From positions 10,044,001-10,108,000 of the forward strand of contig CM120645.1 in NCBI GenBank assembly GCA_051362555.1: a stretch of 64,000 bases of DNA, read 5' to 3'. The position numbers were made by a program, and so were the translations under genes. Of the stretch, positions 12,786-21,804 are shown one piece after another. Source of the DNA: Lingula anatina (lineage: Eukaryota; Animalia; Brachiopoda). A model generated the notes under the pieces. It was not told the origin of the DNA, made no database searches, and saw only the letters and a list, made by a program, of their open reading frames with translations. Numbering within the stretch: the first letter of the stretch is position 1; each line of letters starts with the position of its first letter.

Positions 12786-13189
12786 ACCCTCACTTTGTTT
12801 CTTCTTGGTATCAGCTGGCTGAATAAGGTATCTGGTGTTCCCAATGGGATAACTAAGGAAACTAAAATAAAAACTACCCCCAAGTCTCATGGAGGATTTC
12901 ACCGCGCACTTGGACTGGAACATCATCAACAGCACCAAGTTGACGTCTGCGCCGATGGCGCCCCGGACCCGTACGGCCTTTCACCCGAGGATGAGATGTG
13001 CACTTCTCTTCGCCATCAAAACCAGCAGCAACCTTGGCCAGGAACCTGTCAACTGCACCCCAAGGTCTTGGCCAGGAACTTGTCAACTGCAGCCAAGGGA
13101 CCAATTCCTACATGCTGGAACCCCTCCTCACCAGGAAAAACACCTCCATATTCAGTCAGCCAACTGTCCACTTAAAAACTTAATAATGG

Positions 13190-13610
13190 CTAGGAGCACT
13201 TATATTAAAGAGAGGGTGCTGCCCTCTAAAAACTCACTGATCTAACTTTGTAAAACCATAGCTAAATAAGCTTGCCAATCACCTTATTTGTTAAAAGCAT
13301 AAACCACTTGACTTAGGTAACTTAACGAATTCTCTGACCTTCGGCTTAGCACTTTATTAAAGAGAGGGTGCCACTCTCTGAAAAGCTCACAAATCCAACC
13401 TTGTATGACCATAGTTACATAAGCTTGCCAGTCGCCTTACTTGATAAAGACATTAACTTGGCGGTATAAGTCCACCCTTCTAATTAGGTAACTTAATGAA
13501 TTCTCTGACCTTAGCACTTTATTAAAGAGAGGGTGCCACTCTCTGAAAAGATCACAAATCTAACCTTGTATGACCATAGTTAAATAAGCTTGCCAGTCGC
13601 CTTACTTGTT
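13190..13610. repeat. Direct repeat of about 155-165 bp (three copies) inside the LTR
   Basis: AGCACTT(T)ATTAAAGAGAGGGTGC..CTCT recurs at about 13194, 13348 and 13513. Confidence 0.8.
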
Positions 13611-13704
13611 TAAAACTCAGAAACTAGTGGTAATTAATCTAACGAGCAAATGTCGGTAAATTTTAAATGACCCAAACATTAAAGATAATCGGTTTCCATA
13701 TAGT

Positions 13705-15103
13705 AATAACCCCTTAAGGTAACTCGAGATAACTTGTCCTCTTATAGAGATAACCCCTTAAGATAACTTAAGATAACCTACAGAGATAACCTAAGATAAG
13801 CTTTGATCTCATAGAGATAACCCATTAAGATTACCTGAGATAACCTAGGATAACATGTTCTCTTATAGAGATAACCTGTAAAGATAACTTAAGATAACCT
13901 ATAGAGATAACCTGAGATAACCTTTGATCTTATAGAGATAACCCATGAAGATAACCTGGGATAACCTATAGAGATAACCTAAGATAACATGTTCTCTTAT
14001 AGAGATAACCTGTTAAGATAACTTAAGATAACCTATAGAGATAACCTGAGATAACCTTTGATCTTATAGAGATAACCCATGAAGATAACCTGGGATAACC
14101 TTTGATCTTATAGAGATAACCCATTAAGATAACCTAGGATAACCTGTAGAGATAACCTAAGATAACATGTTCTCTTATAGAGATAACCTGTTAAGATAAC
14201 TTAAGATAACCTATAGAGATAACCTGAGATAACCTTTGATCTTATAGAGATAACCCATTTAGATAACCTAAGATAACCTATAGAGATAACCTAAGATAAC
14301 ATGTTCTCTTATAGAGATAACCTGTTAAGATAACTTAAGATAACCTATAGAGATAACCTGAGATAACCTTTGATCTTATAGAGATAACCCATGAAGATAA
14401 CCTGGGATAACCTATAGAGATAACCTAAGATAACATGTTCTCTTATAGAGATAACCTGTTAAGATAACTTAAGATAACCTATAGAGATAACCTGAGATAA
14501 CCTTTGATCTTATAGAGATAACCCATGAAGATAACCTGGGATAACCTTTGATCTTATAGAGATAACCCATTAAGATAACCTAGGATAACCTGTAGAGATA
14601 ACCTAAGATAACATGTTCTCTTATAGAGATAACCTGTTAAGATAACTTAAGATAACCTATAGAGATAACCTGAGATAACCTTTGATCTTATAGAGATAAC
14701 CCATTAAGATAACCTAAGATAACCTGTAGAGATAACCTAAGATAACATGTTCTCTTATAGAGATAACCTGTTAAGATAACTTAAGATAACCTATAGAGAT
14801 AACCTGAGATAACCTTTGATCTTATAGAGATAACCCATTAAGATAACCTGGGATAACCTATAGAGATAACCTAAGATAACATGTTCTCTTATAGAGATAA
14901 CCTGTTAAGATAACTTAAGATAACCTATAGAGATAACCTGAGATAACCTTTGATCTTATAGAGATAACCCATTAAGATAACCTGGGATAACCTATAGAGA
15001 TAACCTAAGATAACATGTTCTCTTATAGAGATAACCTGTTAAGATAACTTAAGATAACCTATAGAGATAACCTGAGATAACCTTTGATCTCCTAGCGATA
15101 ACT
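13705..15103. repeat. GATAAC-based minisatellite with 134/178-bp higher-order units in the 3' LTR
   Basis: (A)GATAAC occurs mostly every 10-13 bp. The marker AACATGTTCTCTT recurs 9 times at 134/178-bp spacing. Confidence 0.95.
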
Positions 15104-15851
15104 ACAGTAACATAGACGAACAGGTAAAAGAGAAGAAGAAAAAAAAAATTAACTGAACATCACTTAATTACTTGCACAGGGAGTGCAAAACAACAGAAGC
15201 GGGTAATTAGTGGTGAAAAACGGTTAATAGTAAAAAAAAGGGAGGTCATGGGGAAGCTACGCGAAATATCTAAATAGAGACCGTAACTTCGATCTAGCAA
15301 CTACTACAAGTTGAACTTGCTAAAATTAGATAAAGTTTCATTAAATTCAGTTCCAAACTACATAGAAAATGGCTAATGACAGGCGGGTTACCCCCGCGGG
15401 GGCACCCTCTAAATAAAATCTAACTCACTGGTACTATAGGCTGTTGATTCTGTCGAGAGGGGAGTCAGCTTTTCGAAGAACCCCCGCTTTGGCTCTGCAG
15501 CCCTATTTATAGACTCCGTTACGTCATGCTCGCGCTGCGGTCAAAGGTCGAAGGTCGCGACCTAACAGCATGGCCGCTCTGCATGGAAGTGTCACTAACT
15601 TGTGTATTGTAGATTTAGCGCCGTATTTCCATTATTTGGGATTTAAATGAAGAATTAACCTATGGGTTTAGTTGGATAAACTCCAGGACATATGTCTCTA
15701 AGGAAAAACGAAGTCTTAGGTAAGATTTAATGTAAAATTATTGAAGAAAAGTAGATTCCGGTCATAGCAGACGATCGTGCAGCACATGTTTACATTGTTT
15801 CTAATGATTTTAAATAGCAGATTCGTGGCTCCTGTGACCCCCTTTGTTACA

Positions 15852-15868
15852 CTGCCCCCACCCTTTTA
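15852..15868 (-). other. Polypurine tract
   Basis: Minus strand reads AAAAGGGTGGGGGCAG immediately before the 3' LTR start TGTAAC. Confidence 0.9.
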
Positions 15869-16032
15869 AAATTGATTCTCCTGAATCAAGAACAAGTACT
15901 GTAGGTAGATAAACACTATTTTAATAAAGTGAAAACTATATAACAGATGGCCATGAGTACATTTTAAGTTATTGAATATTGTCCGCAAGAGTACTGTCCC
16001 TGTATAGTCTGTGAGAAGAGATTCATTTTAAG

Positions 16033-16070
<38 letters not shown>

Positions 16071-16148
16071 ATTACACTTTGCCTTAAAAAAAAAATGATT
16101 TTAATAGTAATAATAATTCATAAACATCGTCTTAGATAAGCATTGCAG

Positions 16149-16658
16149 TCAACAAAAGAAATTTCTAACGATCATTCGTCTTCCATCTGGATAAATTGTT
16201 TCCTTTTCAGTGAACCTTGTCACCCTGCCATACAGGGTGGCAATGCTTGTGTCTGACTGATCTACACGTGCAGCAAGTGACTTCCTGGCAGGCATTGGTG
16301 TACTCTCACCATCCTCCACGTCCACGTCCTCGTCCGATGACCAACCTCCTGTTGGGGGCTCTGGCGTCATGTTCAGCCTGATACCCTTCCCACCTGTTGT
16401 CGGGCGTGGAGCTTTCCTTGGGGGCTCTTCTGCTGGTGTTTCCTCAAGGAGGGAGGCTTCCTCTTCCCTCCCCACCATTACCTGCACTGGCTGGTGACGG
16501 GCCTGTTGATGTTTCATCAATTCGCTTTCTGTGGTATAAGACCTGTCGCAATTCTTCTCCATGCACTTATACGTTTCGTGCATGGCCACTTCATGCCTCC
16601 TGCGGTTCGATCTTGAGGAAAAATGTAAACTGCAGTACTTGCATTTCTGACCTGGCAT
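16149..16658 (-). CDS. Accessory ORF3 of the retrotransposon: two C2H2 zinc fingers, acidic region, histone-tail-like motifs
   Basis: CKYC..F.....HEVAMH and CMEKNC..Y.....L..HQQARH. The frame is open from 16688; the likely start MPGQK at 16658 follows a TTTATTTTAG acceptor. Same strand as gag/pol, in the env position. Confidence 0.8.
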   Translation of the reverse strand: MPGQKCKYCSLHFSSRSNRRRHEVAMHETYKCMEKNCDRSYTTESELMKHQQARHQPVQVMVGREEEASLLEETPAEEPPRKAPRPTTGGKGIRLNMTPEPPTGGWSSDEDVDVEDGESTPMPARKSLAARVDQSDTSIATLYGRVTRFTEKETIYPDGRRMIVRNFFC

Positions 16659-17024
16659 CACTAAAATAAAGGTGGATTTATCATTCATTTCATTTTATGC
16701 GTTCATAAGATTTTTTTTTTTTTTTTTTTCGTGACCTTCAGCACAGATAAGGGGGTAGGTTATTCAGTGATTAGTAAAAAAAAAACAAACAAAAAAAAAA
16801 ACAAACAATTCTGCCAAATTCCTTAATAAATTTGAATAAAATTAAGTGGATGCGGAAACTCTCACTCCTCCCCTTTCAGTGGCCTGGCTGCCTGACCTTT
16901 GGACAGCTCGCCTCGCCCTCCACTCTCAGGGGAGCTGAGAGCTTTGAGCAACTTGAGCCAGCCGAGACAGAGTGCCACCGTCTGGGAAGGAATAGGGAGA
17001 TCCATACATCACACCTGTAATCTT

Positions 17025-20000
17025 CTACTGGCAGTAGGGTTTCAAATTGTCGTAGTGGACGACACGAAATTTGTTGCGATTTAGTCTAATTCGATAGATC
17101 AAATCCGAAATTCTCTCTAAAATTTCAAAAGGGCCAGACCACTTCTGCTGTAACTTCGGGCTGAAGCCTTTCTTCTTGGAAAAATCGTAATACCACACTT
17201 TATCTCCCACTTCATATTTCTGACCATGGACACGGAGGTCGTAGTTACGCTTCTGGATTTGAGCACTTTTCTTCAACTTTTCTCCTGCACGCTGCCACAC
17301 TGTAGCTAGATTCTCCCGTAATTGGCGTGCGTAGTTCGTTTGCAGTTGATTCATAGGTGGTTCCTCTATCATCAGGTGAACTGGCAGATCTACTTCTCTG
17401 CCCAGCATAAGCATATTGGGTGTCTCTCCCGTAGATTCATGCCGGGAACTTCGATAAGCCATCAGATAAAGAGGAATTCTCGTGTCCCAATCTTTCTGCT
17501 GCTGTTCAGGTGCCAGCATTTTTGAGATTCCTGCCAAGAGAGTACGATTAAATCTCTCAACCAAGCCATCGGACTTAGGGTTGAAAGGCGTGGTTCTCGT
17601 TTTGTTGATTCCCATAATTTGACAAATTTCCTGAAAAACATTTGACTCAAAATTTCTTCCCTGGTCTGAGTGTATTGAAGTAGGAGTTCCAAATCTGCTT
17701 ATCACTTCTTCTACTAGCTTTGACGCCACTGTGTCTGCCTCTTGGTTTGGTAATGGAAAAGCCTCCACCCATTTTGTAAAATAGTCGCACACAACTAGGA
17801 TAACCCGATTTCCCCTATGTGTTTCTGGAAAAGGACCAAGGATATCTACTCCTAAACGTTCCATTGGTGCTCCCACCAGAGATTGCTGCAGAGATCCTCT
17901 AAATCTTTTGCCCGTCGATTGATGGGCCTGACACTGCTCACAAGATCGGCACCAGGAATGCACATCGGCAGTTATCCCCGACCACCAGTACCTTTCTTGT
18001 ATGCGCCCAAGTGTTCTTTTCTCGCCCAAGTGGCCCGCTGTTGGATCGGAGTGACAGCCTTTCAGAATTTCATCCCTGAATACTCTTGGAATAATAATCA
18101 AGCTTCGCTCTATCTTCCCATCATTGGACTGCTCCTGAGTACATAATACTTCAGTCTCGAGTTTTAACTGTTCCCACTTACTAAAGTAATGTTTTGTGGC
18201 TGCCGTCCATGGGCTGACGCCGTACGCTGGTGGTTCAGCACTTTCTCTCAAAGCTTTGACAACAGGTGCAATGTCAGGGTCCCTTTCCTGCTCTGCTTTA
18301 ATGTTTTCTAGCGAAATCTCAGGGCGAAGAGAGATTGTTCTTACGAATCCCGGTTCTTGGTATAGGTGATTCTTCTTCACCCACCGTCTCTTCAGTATTT
18401 TGCCTTGTTGTTCCTCCTCCTCAGGTCTTCCACATTGGTGACAGGGTTTTCTGGAAAGACCATCTGCGTTTCCGTGACTCCTCCCGGCTCTGTGTTCCAA
18501 TCTGGGTTGGTATTCCTCTACTACCTGGATCCAACGTGCTAACTGACCTTCGGCGTCTTTCATACGTAAAAGCCAAGTCAATGCGGCATGGTCGGTTCTG
18601 AGGGTGAAATCTTGTCCATACAGATATTGCCGAAAATGTTTCATAAAGTGGACAGCTGCGAGAAATTCTTTCCTGGTTACACAATAGTTTCTTTCAGCTT
18701 TTCCTAAAGCTTTGCTGGCATAAGCAATGACCTTTTCTTGCCCGTCTTGAACTTGTGACAGGACAGCTCCAATTCCACAATTACTTGCGTCGGTGTCTAA
18801 AATAAACTTCCCCTCGGCCCTTGGATATGCCAGAATCGGAGAACGCGTCAACTTATTTTTCAACTCTTGAAAAGCTTCTTCACTTTCCTGTGTCCATCGG
18901 AACTGGTCTCCCTTCTCGGTTAACTTGTGAAGTGGCCTTGCTATCTTGGCAAACCCTCGTATGAATCTTCGGTAGTATGATGCTAACCCTAGGAAACTTC
19001 TTACTTCTGTGACTGTCTTGGGTACCACCCAATCTTTGACTGCCTGAATCTTCTCGGGATCCGTCTGTATTCCCTCTGCGGATACTATATGGCCCAGGTA
19101 GGTAACTTCTTTTTGAAAGAAATGACACTTATTAGGCTTGAGTTTTAACTTTGCTTCGCGCAATCTTCCAAACACCTCTCGAAGACGCCCAAGTTCCTCT
19201 TCAAAAGTCTTCCCATATACAATGACATCGTCTAAGTAGACTAACAGCGTCTGCCAGTGTAACCCTGATAAAATTCTCTCCATAAGGCGTTCGAACGTTG
19301 CAGGAGCATTGCAAAGCCCAAACGGCATAACCCGCCATTGGTATAGTCTGCCACGGACTGTGAATGCTGACTTCTCCTTAGCTTCTTTATCGAGTTCCAC
19401 TTGCCAATATCCACTGGCGAGGTCAGCTGTAGAAAACCAGATAGCACCAGAGAGGGCATCAAGGGTGTCATCTATGCGTGGAAGTGGATACGAGTCTTTA
19501 ATCGTGACGGCATTTAGTTTACGATAATCTACACAAAATCTGGTGGACCCATCTTTCTTCTTCACTAGTACGATAGGCGAAGCCCAGGGACTGTAGGAAG
19601 GTTCAATGACACCTTGTTTCAACATTGTCTTCACATGTTCTGCTGCTTCTTCTATTTGCTTGTTAGGAAGGCGACGATAAGGTTGTCGGATCGGAGTGGC
19701 ATTCCCTGTGTCTATACTGTGTTTAACTACGTCGGTTCTTCCTAAGTCCATGTCCCCTTCTGCGAAGATGTCTTGGAATTCAGTCAGTAGCTGCTTTACG
19801 TCTTCTTTTTCTGCTTCACTTAAATGCTTGCAACTTCTACGCCAAATATCGTGCAAAAACTCTGGTAAGTCAGGCGTTGCTGGTGACTTGTTCACAGATC
19901 TGATCCACGTGCCTGTGGAACAGGGTGGCAGGGATTGTACTTCCTCCGCTTCAGTGACTGTTCCTACTGTAGTTCCTTGGTAGAGTGTTATAGGATCCGG

Positions 20001-20714
20001 GCCCGGATTATAAACTTTAACTGGTAATGGCTCTGTAGACAAGTCGAGGAATGCCCTGGCCACAAGCAATCCTCTACCTGCAATTTTGTCCGGTCTGGTA
20101 TTTTCGATGATTCCACTCATACTTCTGCCCGGTTGGTCTGATGAGAACAGCTCACCTTCTACTACCACTTCATTTCCAGGTGGCACTAAAGTGTTATGCT
20201 TTACTTTCACAGCAGCAATAAAAGGGGTTGCTTCTTTATTCACGCAAGGGATCTTCTGACCCTCACAGGAGATCTGGAAACCATTAAAGTCAAGAACACT
20301 TCCTTTCTGTAATAAAAAGTCAATGCCTAGGATTCCATCATACGGAACTTCTGCCACTATCACCTTCTTCTGGGTTATAGTTTGGCCCACCTGTAAGTCT
20401 ACCCATGCTTGACCATACACTGGCAGGGGTTTTCCATCAGCCTGGTAAACAACTTCATTTAGATTCTCCAAGGTCGGTCTTCTGTAACTCTCTATGGCTT
20501 GGTAACTTTTCAATGAGATGATGGTGTCTGTGGCTCCAGTATCAACTAGTAACGTAACAGGAACACTAAAAATTTTAGCAACAACAAACAAACCCTTATT
20601 AACATCTGAAGCCGGAATTCTCCCATTATGTACATCACCATCATCTTCATTGGGGACCTTTACTGCTTTCTTGGCCTTGTCTCGGTCCACTGACGTGACC
20701 AGGTTCCGTTTCCC
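17025..20714 (-). CDS. pol: Pol polyprotein (protease, RT, RNase H, integrase), probably made as Gag-Pol by -1 frameshift
   Basis: LLVDTGAT protease; PWASP..KKDGS..VDYR..YLDD RT; LDTDAS RNase H; HH-CC zinc finger; DDE core (VDILGP, HSDQG, LVER); WSGPF motif. No stops. Confidence 0.97.
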   Translation of the reverse strand, partial: GKRNLVTSVDRDKAKKAVKVPNEDDGDVHNGRIPASDVNKGLFVVAKIFSVPVTLLVDTGATDTIISLKSYQAIESYRRPTLENLNEVVYQADGKPLPVYGQAWVDLQVGQTITQKKVIVAEVPYDGILGIDFLLQKGSVLDFNGFQISCEGQKIPCVNKEATPFIAAVKVKHNTLVPPGNEVVVEGELFSSDQPGRSMSGIIENTRPDKIAGRGLLVARAFLDLSTEPLPVKVYNPGPDPITLYQGTTVGTVTEAEEVQSLPPCSTGTWIRSVNKSPATPDLPEFLHDIWRRSCKHLSEAEKEDVKQLLTEFQDIFAEGDMDLGRTDVVKHSIDTGNATPIRQPYRRLPNKQIEEAAEHVKTMLKQGVIEPSYSPWASPIVLVKKKDGSTRFCVDYRKLNAVTIKDSYPLPRIDDTLDALSGAIWFSTADLASGYWQVELDKEAKEKSAFTVRGRLYQWRVMPFGLCNAPATFERLMERILSGLHWQTLLVYLDDVIVYGKTFEEELGRLREVFGRLREAKLKLKPNKCHFFQKEVTYLGHIVSAEGIQTDPEKIQAVKDWVVPKTVTEVRSFLGLASYYRRFIRGFAKIARPLHKLTEKGDQFRWTQESEEAFQELKNKLTRSPILAYPRAEGKFILDTDASNCGIGAVLSQVQDGQEKVIAYASKALGKAERNYCVTRKEFLAAVHFMKHFRQYLYGQDFTLRTDHAALTWLLRMKDAEGQLARWIQVVEEYQPRLEHRAGRSHGNADGLSRKPCHQCGRPEEEEQQGKILKRRWVKKNHLYQEPGFVRTISLRPEISLENIKAEQERDPDIAPVVKALRESAEPPAYGVSPWTAATKHYFSKWEQLKLETEVLCTQEQSNDGKIERSLIIIPRVFRDEILKGCHSDPTAGHLGEKRTLGRIQERYWWSGITADVHSWCRSCEQCQAHQSTGKRFRGSLQQSLVGAPMERLGVDILGPFPETHRGNRVILVVCDYFTKWVEAFPLPNQEADTVASKLVEEVISRFGTPTSIHSDQGRNFESNVFQEICQIMGINKTRTTPFNPKSDGLVERFNRTLLAGISKMLAPEQQQKDWDTRIPLYLMAYRSSRHESTGETPNMLMLGREVDLPVHLMIEEPPMNQLQTNYARQLRENLATVWQRAGEKLKKSAQIQKRNYDLRVHGQKYEVGDKVWYYDFSKKKGFSPKLQQKWSGPFEILERISDLIYRIRLNRNKFRVVHYDNLKPYCQ

Positions 20715-21667
20715 TGGTGTGGCTCAGTTCTGCAGTCTCTGGCGTAGTGACCTTTGTTTCCACATTGATAGCAAGTGGCTTCTTTTCTGTACCCCTGGTT
20801 AACTGTGCGTCTCTCTAGTTCAGCCTTCAGCTTCTTCACTTCCTGTTCCAACTGTTTCACTTTTTCATCTTCACAGGGTTCTGCAGACGTCACACGTACT
20901 TGTCTTCTCATATGACTTTTCTCTCCTATTCTTTCAGCCTCCAGGAAAGACTCCATTCCTGCAGCGGCTCGTATTGCGTCCTCTAGACTTCTACATTGCG
21001 CCTGGAAAATTCTGCTCCTTAGGTCCCTATCGTCCACAGCGTCTTGGAAATGGATTCGTGCCAGCCTATCTTGTGACTCTCTATTCAACTCTGGATACGC
21101 CAGGGCTGTCAATCTCTTAATGGCCTGGCCCAATTCTCTCAAGGTTTCGTTAGGCCTCCTCCTCCTATTTCTTAACTCGGCCACGTAAAGCTCTGCTCCA
21201 CGTCCAGGTCCAAACTGGTGAGCTAGAAGATGAACTAACTGGCGGTATGAGACCATTCTTCCATCTTCCTGTGCGTCACTCAACGTCGCCTGAGCAGTTC
21301 CTCGTAGGCTGGCTGCTAGAAAGCTCGCTTTCTCCTCCTCATCCCAGCCATTTATTCTGGCACAGCTCTCAAAGTGACAGTAATAATCGGCCCATGGTGT
21401 ATTTCCTTCATAGCGGTCAGGGACATAGCTGGGCCTTCTTCCATAGTTTAGGCCGGACCCTGCTCTCGGTAGACCCGGGGAAGCTAGAAATCGCCTTATA
21501 ACCTGGGGACTCTCCTCTGTCACCACTTCATCTTCAGCTATGGTGCTGGCACTGGACCCCACTGGTGCTCCTTCCCGTGGAGTGGCTTCTCTCAGGTTTA
21601 GGATTACTTCTGATTCTTTAGACTCACTCGCCATATCTGCATCCTCGCGCTTCCCATTGGTCGCCAT
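20660..21667 (-). CDS. gag: Gag with CCHC zinc knuckle
   Basis: PDRYEGNTPW..Y..HFE..A..NGW capsid-like motif and CYQCGNKGHYARDC knuckle. Likely start MATNGK at 21667; the track ORF starts inside the PBS. Confidence 0.93.
   Translation of the reverse strand: MATNGKREDADMASESKESEVILNLREATPREGAPVGSSASTIAEDEVVTEESPQVIRRFLASPGLPRAGSGLNYGRRPSYVPDRYEGNTPWADYYCHFESCARINGWDEEEKASFLAASLRGTAQATLSDAQEDGRMVSYRQLVHLLAHQFGPGRGAELYVAELRNRRRRPNETLRELGQAIKRLTALAYPELNRESQDRLARIHFQDAVDDRDLRSRIFQAQCRSLEDAIRAAAGMESFLEAERIGEKSHMRRQVRVTSAEPCEDEKVKQLEQEVKKLKAELERRTVNQGYRKEATCYQCGNKGHYARDCRTEPHQGNGTWSRQWTETRPRKQ
20708..20714 (-). other. -1 ribosomal frameshift slippery site G GGA AAC
   Basis: In-frame X XXY YYZ heptamer in the gag/pol overlap. 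pol is in the -1 frame and open from here. A stem GGTCAC..GTGGACC lies just downstream. Confidence 0.8.
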
Positions 21668-21786
21668 CTTCCTCTTAAACAATGAAATATAAATGGTCAT
21701 TAATTTTGCCAAAAGTTGAAATAAATCTAGCCTCAATTCTGGGGGTGATTTTCTGAAGGACTTTCCCACTGTTTTTCTGAAAGACG

Positions 21787-21804
21787 ATCCCACCGCTGCC
21801 ACCA
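21787..21804 (-). other. Primer binding site, tRNA-Leu (AAG/TAG type)
   Basis: TGGTGGCAGCGGTGGGAT, 1 nt from the 5' LTR, is complementary to the metazoan tRNA-Leu 3' end ATCCCACCGCTGCCACCA. Confidence 0.9.

Larger units (their letters stand above)
11810..15851 (-). repeat. 3' LTR (4042 bp)
   Basis: Direct repeat of 21806-26092 with TG...CA ends; adjacent to the PPT. Confidence 0.96.

Noticed and set aside
12133-13245. Overlapping ORFs in the LTRs (duplicated at 22129-23241)
   Set aside because: Arise from GC-rich repeats in several frames; no recognisable domain.
12045-15103. LTR arrays as a CRISPR-like locus
   Set aside because: No unique spacers, no cas genes, eukaryotic context.
16149-16688. 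ORF3 as an env gene
   Set aside because: No signal peptide, furin site or transmembrane helix; it has zinc fingers instead.
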